Shown: piece after piece, positions 42,241-52,022 of the stretch
Layout: every line of letters begins with the position of its first letter
How positions within the stretch are numbered: position 1 is the first letter of the stretch
Assembly (NCBI GenBank): GCA_963716745.1
Contig: OY970320.1
Location: 2,400,001-2,464,000 of the forward strand
DNA length: 64,000 nt
From: an uncultured Gemmatimonadaceae bacterium
GTDB taxonomy: Bacteria; Gemmatimonadota; Gemmatimonadetes; Gemmatimonadales; Gemmatimonadaceae
Reading direction: 5' to 3'
Made by a program: the position numbers and the translations under genes
Notes under the pieces: generated by a model
Databases searched by the model: none
Seen by the model: the letters and a program-made list of their open reading frames with translations, nothing else
Told to the model about the DNA's origin: nothing

Positions 42241-42822
42241 TCATCCTCGCAGGTCGCTCAGAGTCTTTCTCAACGCCGCACGCGCGTGGTGCAAGTGCGC
42301 GCGCGCCGTCCCTTCGGGTATCTCCAACAGCCCGCCGATCTCGGCGTGCGTGAATCCTTCGACATCGTGCAACACCATCACCGCGCGCTGCGGCGGCGTC
42401 AGCGTGTCGAGCGCTTCGGCCAGCCGTCGGCGCAATTCGTCGTCGATGCCCGGATCGCGGAACGGATGCGCGATCTGCTCCGTGAGCGCCTCCGCCACCC
42501 GCACCTTCCGGCGCCGCGCGATGTCCAGCGCGGCGTTCGCCACGATCCGGCTCAGCCATGCCGCGAACGGCTGGTCGGGCCGGAACCGCTCCAGCGCCTG
42601 GTACGCATGCAGGAACCCTTCCTGCACCGCATCCTCGGCGTCCTCGTGCGTGGCGGAGATCGCCCGCGCTACCGTGTACGCCCGGCGCTGGTGGCGGCGC
42701 ACCAGCTCGGCGAATGCTTCCGACGAGCCCCGCTGCGCCGCGAGCGCCAGATCACGCTCGGACGCTGGATCGGGCGATGCCGGACCGGCATGTCCCGGCC
42801 CGGAGATCGAGTGCGTTGCCAT
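42241..42822 (-). CDS. ECF RNA polymerase sigma factor
   Basis: DAEDAVQE.F, F.AWL.RI..N, region 4 HTH (EIGGLL..PEGT...L..AR). Confidence 0.93.
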   Translation of the reverse strand: MATHSISGPGHAGPASPDPASERDLALAAQRGSSEAFAELVRRHQRRAYTVARAISATHEDAEDAVQEGFLHAYQALERFRPDQPFAAWLSRIVANAALDIARRRKVRVAEALTEQIAHPFRDPGIDDELRRRLAEALDTLTPPQRAVMVLHDVEGFTHAEIGGLLEIPEGTARAHLHHARAALRKTLSDLRG

Positions 42823-42828
42823 GTGTAG

Positions 42829-42853
42829 TACGCGCTTCGCCGCGGGAGCGTTG
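42829..42853 (-). promoter_or_regulatory. Putative autoregulatory ECF promoter
   Basis: Minus strand CAAC-17 bp-CGTA, ending 6 nt before the sigma ATG. Confidence 0.6.
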
Positions 42854-42857
42854 GCGC

Positions 42858-43460
42858 TCAGCCGGCGGCCGGCGTTCCGGCGAGGCCGAGCGTGGGCGCG
42901 ACGCCGCGCATCGCGACGATCACGAAAGCAATGTGGTCATCCAGCGCGACGCCGAGTTCCTCGGCGCCCTGGATCACGTCCTCGCGGCTGACGCCGCGCG
43001 CGAACGCTCTGTCCTTCATCTTCTTTCGCACGCTCGGGGCCTCTACGTCGTGTACGCTGCGGGTGGGTTTCACCAGGGCCGATGCGGTGATCAATCCCGT
43101 CAGCTCGTCCACGGCGAAGAGCGTCTTCGCCATGCGCGTCTCGCGCGGCACGCCCGTGTACGTCGCGTGGCCGAGGATCGCCTGGAGCACATCCTCGGGA
43201 TAGCCGCGGCCGCGCAGCAGGCGCACCCCCTCGGCGGGATGCTCGGCGTCCGCCGCGTGTGCAGCGTTGGGAAAGCGCTCATAGTCGAAATCATGGAGCA
43301 GGCCCGCGAGCCCCCAGCGGTGCTCATCCTCGCCGAACTTCGCGGCATAGGCGCGCATCGCGGCCTCGACGGCCAGCATGTGCTTCCGCAGCGAATCGCT
43401 GGCCGTGTACTCGTGGACGATCGCCAGGGCGTCGTCCCGGGATGGCAGTGCTTCGGTCAT
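42858..43460 (-). CDS. HDIG/HD-domain phosphohydrolase
   Basis: LRKHMLAVE, GLLHDFD, AILGH, DELTG, FARGVSR. Confidence 0.9.
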   Translation of the reverse strand: MTEALPSRDDALAIVHEYTASDSLRKHMLAVEAAMRAYAAKFGEDEHRWGLAGLLHDFDYERFPNAAHAADAEHPAEGVRLLRGRGYPEDVLQAILGHATYTGVPRETRMAKTLFAVDELTGLITASALVKPTRSVHDVEAPSVRKKMKDRAFARGVSREDVIQGAEELGVALDDHIAFVIVAMRGVAPTLGLAGTPAAG

Positions 43461-43505
43461 GCCTGTGATGATAGGGGGGTACGGCCGTGCGCGTCAGGGC
43501 GGGGG

Positions 43506-45089
43506 TCAGTGCGCCGGGCCGGCGTTGCGCTTCGACTTGCCTGTGCGGAAGAGCAGCAGCACCGGCAGCGCCGCCACGAGCAAAATGCCGCTGAGGAGAT
43601 AGATCTTGGAGAACGCGAGCACGCTCGCCTGTGCTTGCACCTGGCGGTCGAGGATCGCGAGCGCCGCGTGCTGGGCCTGCGCGGGGTCCATGCCGCGCGC
43701 CACGAGCGCGTGCGCCGTGCCGGTGAGGCGCGCGACGACCTGCGGATCGCCGCTCACCACGTGCTCCGAGAGGAGCGATTTCTCCACGACCATGAAGCGC
43801 GTGAGCAGCGTGGCCATGATGGCGATGCCGAGCGAACCGCCCAGCTGGCGCGTGAGGTTGAACATGCCCGTTCCCTGCGGCAGTTCCGAATCCTTGAGGT
43901 CGGCCATGGTCGCGCCGGTGAGCGGCACGAAGATCAGGCCCAGCCCCACGCCGCGCAGAATGAGCGGCCAGAACAGGTCGCCCACGCCGACGTCCATCGT
44001 GATGATGGACATCTTGTACATCGAGGCGAGGAAGAGGAACGAGCCGATCACCACCGTGATGCGCGCGTCGAGCTTCGCGGCGTTCCGGCCCACGAAGGCC
44101 ATGGTCACCGCGGAGGCGAGCGCGCCGGGCAGGATCACGCGGCCGGTCTGCCACGCGGTGAATCCGTGCAGGGTCTGCAGGAAGATCGGCAGCACGAACA
44201 CCGAGCCGTACAGCGCGAGCCCCATGAACGCCGCGAACGCCACGCCGGCGGTGAGCTGGCGGCTCTTGAAGACGCGGAAATTGATGACCGGTTCATCGAT
44301 ACGCAGTTCGTACCATACGAGCAGGATGCCGGCGACGGCCGAGGTGATGGCGAGCGCCGGTGATGAACTTGGAATCGAACCAGTCGTTGCGCTCGCCGCG
44401 CTCGAGCATCCACTGCAGCGAACCGACGCACGTGGCCAGCAGCAGGATGCCCGACGAAGTCGATGGTGTCGGCGCGCTCCTGGTGCGAGGCGTTCTTCAC
44501 GTACGCCAGCACCATGAAGAACGCGAAGATGCCGAGCGGCACGTTGATGTAGAAGATCCACGGCCACGTGTAGTTGTCCACGATCCAGCCGCCGAGCGTC
44601 GGGCCGATCGTCGGGCCCACCATCACACCGACGCCGAAGATCGCCTGACCGATGCCCATCTCCTCCGGCGGGAACGATTCGAAGAGCGTCGCCTGCGCGG
44701 TGGAGAGCAGGGCACCGCCGCCGAGTCCCTGGATGACGCGCCAGAACACGAGACCCCAGAGCGAACCGGCCGCGCCGCAGAAGAAGCTCGACGACCACGA
44801 AGATCGCGATCGAGCCGGCGAGATACCGCCGGCGGCCGAACCAGCCCGAGAGCCACCCCGACATCGGGATGACGATGACGTTCGCGATGATGTAGCCGGT
44901 GGAGACCCACGCGATCTCGTCGAGCGTGGCGCCGAGGTTCCCCATCATGTCGGGGATCGCGACGTTCACGATGGACGTGTCGATCAGTTCGAGCACGGCC
45001 GCGAGCGTCACCACCATCGCGATGAGATAGCGATTCTTGTAACGCGGGTCGGCCGCGATCTCGGCGGCGCGTGCGGCGGTGATCGTCAT
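43506..45089 (-). CDS. DHA2 (EmrB/QacA) MFS efflux permease; three internal indels (~44790, ~44450, ~44360) that sum to one codon
   Basis: DTSIVNVAIP, WVSTGY, RVIQGLGGG and WPWIFYINVP (shifted frame), RQLGGSLGIA. Confidence 0.9.
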   Translation of the reverse strand: MTITAARAAEIAADPRYKNRYLIAMVVTLAAVLELIDTSIVNVAIPDMMGNLGATLDEIAWVSTGYIIANVIVIPMSGWLSGWFGRRRYLAGSIAIFVVVELLLRRGRFALGSRVLARHPGTRRRCPALHRAGDALRIVPAGGDGHRSGDLRRRCDGGPDDRPDARRLDRGQLHVAVDLLHQRAARHLRVLHGAGVREERLAPGARRHHRLRRASCCWPRASVRCSGCSSAASATTGSIPSSSPALAITSAVAGILLVWYELRIDEPVINFRVFKSRQLTAGVAFAAFMGLALYGSVFVLPIFLQTLHGFTAWQTGRVILPGALASAVTMAFVGRNAAKLDARITVVIGSFLFLASMYKMSIITMDVGVGDLFWPLILRGVGLGLIFVPLTGATMADLKDSELPQGTGMFNLTRQLGGSLGIAIMATLLTRFMVVEKSLLSEHVVSGDPQVVARLTGTAHALVARGMDPAQAQHAALAILDRQVQAQASVLAFSKIYLLSGILLVAALPVLLLFRTGKSKRNAGPAH

Positions 45090-45110
45090 GTTCGCTCCGG
45101 CGCGTGCCGG

Positions 45111-46194
45111 CTACTTGGTCTTCACGCTCACCACGGCGCTCATGCCGGGGCGCAGCGGTTTCGCGGGGCCGAGTCCCTTCGTGACGCGCACGCGCACCGG
45201 CACGCGCTGCACGACCTTGGTGAAGTTGCCGGTGGCGTTGTCGGGCGGCAGCAGCGCGAAGCGCGCGCCGGTGGCCGCCGACAGACTCTCGACCTCGCCC
45301 TGCACCGTGAGGCCGCCGTACGCGTCGATCTTCACGTCCACCTGCTGGCCGACGCGCATGCCGACGAGCTGCGTCTCCTTGAAGTTCGCGGTGACCCAGC
45401 TGCCGGTGTCGGCGACGATGGACATGAGCTGCTGGCCGGCCTGCACGAGCTGGCCGATCTCGACGAGCTTCTTCGCGACGGTGCCCGTCGCCGGAGCGAA
45501 GATCGACGTGTACGAGAGCTGGAGCGCCGCGTTGTCGCGCGAGGCCTGCATCGCGGCGACGCGCGCGTCGGCCATGCGAAGTCCGGCCTGCGCGCCGCTC
45601 ACGCCGGCGTTCGCCGCCGCCGCCTGCTGCTCCAGCGCGCGCACCTGTGCGGCGGCCGCATCGTACGCGGCCTGCGCCGCATCCACTTGCTGCGCGCTCA
45701 CGATCTGCTTCGCGACGAGTTCCTTGGCGCGCGTGAGATCGGACTGCGCCTTGACGAGATTCGCCCGCGCGGCATCGATCTGCGCATCCACGGCCGAGCG
45801 CTGTCCGGCCGCGCTCGCGACCGCCGCGCCGGCCTGTCCCTGTCCGCCGCGGGTGCCCGCCATCGCGCGCGCCGCCGCCAGATCGGCGTCGGCCTGCTCG
45901 AGCTTCACGCGGTACTCGGCGCTGTCGATCGACACGAGCAGCTGAGCCGTTGTGCACCGAGTCGTTGTCCTGCACCGCCACGCGGTCGACGTAGCCGCCG
46001 ACCTTGGCGATCACGGGAATGATGTGCCCGTCCACCTGCGCATCGTCGGTGGTCTCGTGCGTGTGCGCGTAGTACCAGGTGGGGATCCCCCAGATCAACG
46101 CGGCGATCAACGCCACGCCCAGCACGCCATACATGATGAGGCGCTTGCGGGAGAGCGGCGCGTCGGGAGCTGCGGGGACGTTCGGATTCGCCAT
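45111..46194 (-). CDS. EmrA/HlyD-family membrane fusion protein, frameshift ~45945
   Basis: TDDAQVDG, ANFKETQL, LLPPDNATGNFTKVVQRVPV, LRPGMS. Confidence 0.92.
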
Positions 46195-46231
46195 GGGACG
46201 TATACCGGGGAAGACGGTTGAGCTGCGGTGG

Positions 46232-47566
46232 TTATGGGAGCGCGGTGACGGTGCCTTCAGCGCGCGCGAGCTGCACGCGCGCGGCCTGATACGCCGCGAG
46301 CGCCTCGATGAGCTGGCTGCGCGCGGTATTCAAGTTCGACGACGCCTGGATCACGTCGAGATTGCCGGAGGCGCCGGCGACGAAGCGCTCGCGCGCCTGC
46401 GTCACCTCGAGCGTCGAGAGGTCGAGCCGCTCCTGCGCCGCGGCCATTTGTTCACGCGCGGCCGCGAGATCGTCGAGACCGCCGCGCACTTCGATCGATG
46501 CCTGGAGCACGAGCGCGCGCTGCTTGGAGGTGGCCTCACGCACCGCGGCCTTGTTCTCCTCGATGCGCGCTTCGCGGCGCAGTCCGTCGAAGATCGGCAC
46601 CTGGAGCTGCACGCCCCAGGTGTACGTGGGGAGGTACGACGCGCCGTTCTTGCCGATCGCGCCGTAGCTCGCGCCCACGCCGAGCGACGGCAGCCGCTCG
46701 GCCTTCACGGCGGACACGGCCGTCTGCGACGCTTCGATCTGCAGCATCGCGGCGCGGAGGTCGGCGCGCGACATCATCGCGGTATTCACCGCGGCGCTCT
46801 CGCTCGGCAGTTCGGCCGGCGCGGGGAGACGGTCGAGTGAATCGGCGAGTTCGAGGTGCGTACTGAGCGGCAGGTTGAGCACGCGCAGGAGGTCAAGGCG
46901 CGAGCGGTCGCGGTCGGCGCGCTGGAAGATCAGCTGCGCGCGCACCGTGCTCGCCTGCACCTTGGCGCGCGTGACGTCGATCGCCACGCCCACGCCGCTG
47001 CTGAGCTGGTCGCGCGCGATGCTCAGGAGCGAATCCGCGAGCAGCGAGTCGGCCACGCGCGCGCCGACGAGCGCTTCGGCGCGCTGGAGCCTCACGTACG
47101 CGCGCGCGGCGAGCTCGCCGGCCGCGTCGCCGATGTTCACGGCGTCGGCCGCGCTCGCGCCCGCTTCGGCGGTGGCGCCGGACACGCGCTTGTAGGCCGC
47201 GACATCCACCACGGAGAGCTCGAGGCGCGCGCGCATGTCGAGCGCATTGAGCGGACCCACGACCTGGCCGTTGGGATCGATGCCCGGGAAGGTGAACGGC
47301 GGCGGGAAGAGCGCGGCGGTATTGAACGTGGCGCCGCTCTCCAGCGCGGAGGCGGAGAGCTGCGGGAGCAGATCGGACTTCCGCTGGGTGATGCGCGCGG
47401 TGGCGGCATCGGCGCGGTCGCGCGCCTGCTCAGCCTGCGCATTGCGGCGCGCGGCGAGACGTGCGGCGTCGCCGAGCGTGAGCGGGTGTGCGATCGCGGA
47501 GTCCTGCGCGTGAGCGCCGCCGGCGGCCATGGCGGCTGCCAGCGCGAGGAGAGCGAGTCTGGTCAT
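46232..47566 (-). CDS. TolC-family outer-membrane efflux protein
   Basis: Signal peptide MTRLALLALAAA; LPQLS, PIFDG motifs; position in efflux operon. Confidence 0.88.
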   Translation of the reverse strand: MTRLALLALAAAMAAGGAHAQDSAIAHPLTLGDAARLAARRNAQAEQARDRADAATARITQRKSDLLPQLSASALESGATFNTAALFPPPFTFPGIDPNGQVVGPLNALDMRARLELSVVDVAAYKRVSGATAEAGASAADAVNIGDAAGELAARAYVRLQRAEALVGARVADSLLADSLLSIARDQLSSGVGVAIDVTRAKVQASTVRAQLIFQRADRDRSRLDLLRVLNLPLSTHLELADSLDRLPAPAELPSESAAVNTAMMSRADLRAAMLQIEASQTAVSAVKAERLPSLGVGASYGAIGKNGASYLPTYTWGVQLQVPIFDGLRREARIEENKAAVREATSKQRALVLQASIEVRGGLDDLAAAREQMAAAQERLDLSTLEVTQARERFVAGASGNLDVIQASSNLNTARSQLIEALAAYQAARVQLARAEGTVTALP

Positions 47567-48273
47567 GCGGTGGTTCTCCGGCGGGATCGCGTGGTGGGAG
47601 CGGCGCCCGGTTCCAGGGCGTGATCGACGAAATCGAGTATCTCGGCGAGGATCTTGGCGTCGGATGCCTTCGCGACGAACGGGATGACCTCGCGGTGGGC
47701 GCACCAGTGGCCGTGCTTGATGATCATGGCGTGCACCATGCGCGCGGCAGCCTCGGGCTCCACGCGGCGGAATTCGCCGCGCGCGATGCCGCGGCGGATG
47801 ATCTGGGAGCACACCTTCAGCGCGCGCTCGGCCGTCTCGTGGATGTAGAACTTGAGAAGGTCGGGGAACTCGGGGAGCTCGCCGATCGTGAGGCGGTAAA
47901 GGATCGGGAAGGCGGGGCTGCGCACGTGCTCCCACACACCGGTGACGTACTCATGGAGCTGTTCGAGGGCGGGGGCGTCGGAGGCCGCGTGCTTCTGCTC
48001 GAAGGCGGCGATGCCGCGGCCGGTGACGTGGCGCACCATGGCGCGAAAGAGCTCGTCCTTGGTGGCGAAGTAGAGATAGATGGTGCCCTTGGCGACGCCG
48101 GCGCGGCGCGCGATGTCATCGAGCCGGGTGCGTCCGAGACCGCGCTCGCCGAACTCGATGAGGGCGGCGTCGAGGATCTGGCCGGGCCGTTCTTCTGGCC
48201 TGCGCTGCCAGCGTGGCGCGTCGGCGCGGGCGGGGGATCGGGCCGGGGTGCGACCGGCGGTCTTGCGGGACAT
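47563..48273 (-). CDS. TetR/AcrR-family regulator
   Basis: ILDAA...F...G....IARRAGVAKGTIYLYFATKDELF. Confidence 0.95.
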   Translation of the reverse strand: MSRKTAGRTPARSPARADAPRWQRRPEERPGQILDAALIEFGERGLGRTRLDDIARRAGVAKGTIYLYFATKDELFRAMVRHVTGRGIAAFEQKHAASDAPALEQLHEYVTGVWEHVRSPAFPILYRLTIGELPEFPDLLKFYIHETAERALKVCSQIIRRGIARGEFRRVEPEAAARMVHAMIIKHGHWCAHREVIPFVAKASDAKILAEILDFVDHALEPGAAPTTRSRRRTTA

Positions 48274-48281
48274 TCGCCGGA

Positions 48282-48309
48282 ATTAAATGACCGACCCGTC
48301 AGTTATCAA
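48282..48309 (-). promoter_or_regulatory. tetR promoter with overlapping candidate operator
   Basis: Minus strand TTGATA-16 bp-TTTAAT; imperfect palindrome ATGACCGAC-CC-GTCAGTTAT at 48287-48306. Confidence 0.65.
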
Positions 48310-48342
48310 GGGCCCCCTGCTAACTACTGCCGCGGGTAGACC

Positions 48343-48492
48343 CTACGGCTGCGCCGCCGCTGGCGGAGTCTCTCCTTCGTACTTCTTATTCACCATCAGC
48401 ACGATCGCGCCCAGCGCCAGCAGCAGCACCAGCGCTCCCACGATCAAGCCGGTGAATCCGGCTCCCTTGTCTCCCTCCATCGGTGCCGCCAT
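48343..48492 (-). CDS. 49-aa single-pass membrane protein, absent from the ORF track
   Basis: GGAGG RBS; MAAPMEGDKGAGFTGLIVGALVLLLALGAIVLMVNKKYEGETPPAAAQP*. Confidence 0.7.
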   Translation of the reverse strand: MAAPMEGDKGAGFTGLIVGALVLLLALGAIVLMVNKKYEGETPPAAAQP

Positions 48493-48522
48493 GCCTGCCT
48501 CCCGGAACGTGTGCGGGCGCGC

Positions 48523-48990
48523 CTACGCGACGCGCACCGATGTGATCGTGTCGTTCGCCTTGATCTGTTTCACCGCGTCGATCCCCTTCGTGACTCTGCC
48601 GAACACGGTGTGCACGCCGTTCAGGTGCTTCGTGTTCGCCTCGCTCAGCACGATGAAGAACTGGCTGCCGCCGGTGTCCTTGCCGGCATGCGCCATGGAG
48701 AGCGAACCCAATTGATGCGTGTGCGGGTTCCCCTTGGTCTCGCACTTGATGTGCCAGCCCGGGCCGCCCGTGCCGATCTTCCGGTCGCCCGCCGGCAGAT
48801 CGCGCGAGTACGGATCGCCGCCCTGGACCACGAAATCCTCGATCACCCGGTGGAATTTCACGCCGTCGTAGAAGTTGCTGTTCGCCAGCTTCTCGAAGTT
48901 GGCGACGGTGAGCGGCGCTTCCTTGTCATAGAGCTCGGCGACGATCTGGCCGCGATTGGTCTCGAAGGTGGCTGTCTTCACGGAAGGCAC
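48523..48990 (-). CDS. Cyclophilin-type peptidyl-prolyl isomerase
   Basis: [31 protein letters not shown]. Confidence 0.95.
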   Translation of the reverse strand: MPSVKTATFETNRGQIVAELYDKEAPLTVANFEKLANSNFYDGVKFHRVIEDFVVQGGDPYSRDLPAGDRKIGTGGPGWHIKCETKGNPHTHQLGSLSMAHAGKDTGGSQFFIVLSEANTKHLNGVHTVFGRVTKGIDAVKQIKANDTITSVRVA

Positions 48991-49045
48991 GGTGGGAGTG
49001 GAGTGATGGTCGAGAGGGGAAATTACTCGGCGCGACGCCCGGCGG

Positions 49046-49522
49046 CTACTTCATGCCCATGGCGTGCACGATCTTCCATTCCTGCTCCGTCACCGGCATC
49101 ACCGAAAGCCGGCTCCCTTTCTGCAGCAGCACCATCTTCTCCAGTCCCTTCAACCCGCGCAGCTCGGTGAGGGTCACCGGACGCTTGAACGGCGCGACCG
49201 CCTTGAGATCCACCACGTACCAGGCCGGGTTCGCGGGATCGCTCTTGGGATCGTAGTGGTCGTCCTTCTTATCGAACGCCGTCGGATCGGGATACGCCTC
49301 GCGCGCCACCTCGCACTCGCCCATGATCGCGCCGGGATCCGCGTTCGAGTGGTAGAAGAACACGGGATCGCCCTTCTTCATCCCGTCGCGCAGCATGTTC
49401 CTCGCCTGATAATTGCGCACGCCGTCCCATCGCGTGGTGCGCTTCGGCAGCTTCCACAGGTCCCCCCACGCGAAGCTCTCGGCATCGGTCTTCACCAGCC
49501 AGTACCGCTTGCCGCCGCTCAC
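49046..49522 (-). CDS. EVE domain protein (Thy1-like)
   Basis: [33 protein letters not shown] overlap with nth stop. Confidence 0.93.
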   Translation of the reverse strand: MSGGKRYWLVKTDAESFAWGDLWKLPKRTTRWDGVRNYQARNMLRDGMKKGDPVFFYHSNADPGAIMGECEVAREAYPDPTAFDKKDDHYDPKSDPANPAWYVVDLKAVAPFKRPVTLTELRGLKGLEKMVLLQKGSRLSVMPVTEQEWKIVHAMGMK

Positions 49523-50232
49523 GGCTGCGCCGACGGACAGAGATCGGCGAGCACGCACTCGCCGCACTTCGGACGCCGTGCGATGCACACGCGGCGTCCG
49601 TGCTCGATCAAAAGGTGCGACAGCATCGTCCACTCCGCGTTCGGGAATTGTTGGATCAGGTCCTGCTCGATCTTCACCGGGTCGGTCTCACGCGTGAGGC
49701 CCATCAAGTGCGAGAGCCGCGCGACGTGCGTGTCCACCACGACGCCGGCGTTGATGTCGAAGGCATTGCCGAGGATCACGTTCGCCGTCTTGCGGCCGAC
49801 ACCGGGGAGTTTCGTGAGCTCATCCATGGTACGCGGGATCGCGCCGCCATGCCGGACCATCACGGCGCGCGCCATCCCTTCCAGGCTCTTGGCCTTGTTG
49901 CGGAAGAAGCCGGTGCTCTTGATGAGCGTCTCGAGTTCGCCACGGTCGGCGCCGGCGAGCGCGGCGGCGTCGGGATACTTCGCGAACAACGCCGGCGTCA
50001 CCATGTTCACGCGCACGTCGGTGCACTGCGCGCTGAGGATCGTGGCGACGAGCAACTGGTAGGCGCTCGCATGATCGAGCGCGCAGTGCGCGTCCGGATA
50101 CGCCGCGCGCAGCCGCCGGTAGTACTCGGCGGCCACCTCCGGCGACGCGCGCTTGATCGCGCGTTTCTTCGGGAGCTTCCGCGGAGCGGGTCTCTTCTTC
50201 GTGACTTTCTTCTTTGCCGGCTTCTTCTTCAT
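49519..50232 (-). CDS. nth: Endonuclease III with Lys-rich N-terminal tail
   Basis: LSAQCTD, LPGVGRKTA (HhH), VDTHV, C-x6-C-x2-C-x5-C. Confidence 0.95.
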   Translation of the reverse strand: MKKKPAKKKVTKKRPAPRKLPKKRAIKRASPEVAAEYYRRLRAAYPDAHCALDHASAYQLLVATILSAQCTDVRVNMVTPALFAKYPDAAALAGADRGELETLIKSTGFFRNKAKSLEGMARAVMVRHGGAIPRTMDELTKLPGVGRKTANVILGNAFDINAGVVVDTHVARLSHLMGLTRETDPVKIEQDLIQQFPNAEWTMLSHLLIEHGRRVCIARRPKCGECVLADLCPSAQP

Positions 50233-51880
50233 CGCGTGACCCTTCGGCTCCTCGCGCGCTCGACGATGTCGTGCGCATGCTGCGTGTTCAGCACATCGCC
50301 GGCCTCGAGCCAGCCTTTGCGCGCCGTGTTGATGCCGTACGTCATATTATCGAGTCCCGCAACGGAGTGCGCGTCCGGACCGATCTCGATGAGGCAGCCG
50401 AGTTCCTTCGCGACGCGGCAGAGGGTCCAATCGAGATCGAGGCGGTGCGGGTCGGCGTTGAGCTCCACGGCCACGCCGAGTTCTCCGGCGCGCGCGAGCA
50501 CCGCGGGCATGTCGATCGCGTACGGTTCGCGCGTGAGGAGCAGGCGGCCCGTGGGATGGCCGAGGATCGTGACGAAGGGATTCTCGAGCGCGCGCAGCAC
50601 GCGCTCGGTCATCGCGCGCTCGTCCATCGCGAAGCGCGAGTGCACCGAGGCGATCACATAGTCGAACGTCTCGAGCAGCGACTCGTCGTAATCGACGCGG
50701 CCGTCGGCAAGGATGTCGGCCTCGATGCCCTTGAGGATGCGGAAACCGTGGAACCTCTCCTGTAGCCGGTCGATTTCGTCGTGCTGGCGCTTCACCGCGT
50801 CGGGCGAGAGTCCGCCGGCGTAGGCGGCCGACTGGCGAATGGTCCGAGATGCCGAGATACGACCACCCCCGTTCGCGCGCCGCGGCGACCATTTGGTCGA
50901 TGGTGGTCGCGCCGTCGGAGTACTGCGAGTGACAGTGGAGCACGCCGCGAACATCGGCGAGCTCGATGAGATGCGGCAGCTCGCCTGCGAGCGCGGCCTC
51001 GACCTCGCCGAGCCCCTCGCGCAGCTCGGGCGCGATGCCGGCTGTGACCGCCGGTGCGAGGCGGTACGCTCGCGCCTGGTCGAGATGCCCGGCGCTCCCG
51101 GTCGCGTGCTCGAGCGCGGCGCCGAACTCATGCGGGGTCGCGCAATAGAGATCCAGCCGCGTGCCGTCCGCGTAGCGGATCGTCACCTCGTCGCCGCCGA
51201 CGCCAATGGCATCTCTTCACGTCTTCGCCGCGCGCGATCTCAGCCGCCACCTCACTCGGCGCGCGCGTGCACTCCGCCACGATGTCGATGTCGCGCACGA
51301 CGGGACAGCGGCGCCGGATCGAACCGGCGATCTCGGCCCGGGCGACGCCGGGTACCGCGAGTATCTGCGCGCGCAGCCGCTCCGCTTCCGCGAGCGCGTG
51401 CGGGTACAACATGAAATCGCTCGTCTCCCGCAGGTAGGCGATGCCCCGCGCGATCTTCGCGGCCGTTCTCGCTCCGAAGCGCGGCAGCGCCGCGAGGCGC
51501 CCGTCGCGCGCGGCGGCTTCGAGGTCCTGCAACGTGTCGATGCCCAGTCCCTCGTGGATCGCGCGGATCTTGGAGGTGCCGAGCCCCGGCACGCGGAGCA
51601 TCTCGAGCAGACCCTCGGGCGTGTCTTCCTGGAGTTGTGTGAGGAGCGAGGAATCGCCGCCGGTCGCGAGTTCGGCGATCACGGCGAGCGTCGCCGGCCC
51701 TACGCCCCGTACGCGGGCGAGGGCGCCGCTCGCGATCGCCGAGGCGAGTTCGCCGTCGCGCACGTTCTGCAGGGCGCGCGCCGCGGTGCGGTAGGCGCCG
51801 CTCTTGAAGCCGCTCTCCCCCTTGAGTTCGAGCAGGTCGGCGATCTGTTCAAGGACGTGCGCCGCGGCACGGGGCTGCAT
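50229..51880 (-). CDS. polX: DNA polymerase X-PHP fusion, frameshifts ~51210 and ~50835
   Basis: HhH motifs, AGSIRR, DIDI, PELREG, HCHSQYSDG, HPTGR, PDAH. Confidence 0.9.
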
Positions 51881-51900
51881 GCGGGGAAGATAGCAAAACG

Positions 51901-52020
51901 ACCGGGAACCGGTTACCGGGAACCGGTGTGGCATGAAAACGAATTCCCTAACGACACCGTGTAGTGTCGTTAGGGAATGTGTTGTCATTCATCACCGGTT
52001 CCCGGCAACCGGTTCCCGGT
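51901..52020. repeat. Fold-back element G, 57-bp arms, homologous to element F
   Basis: 51901-51957 pairs with 51964-52020 (7 mismatches); followed by AGTTA overlapping the cupredoxin stop. Confidence 0.9.
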
Positions 52021-52022
52021 AG

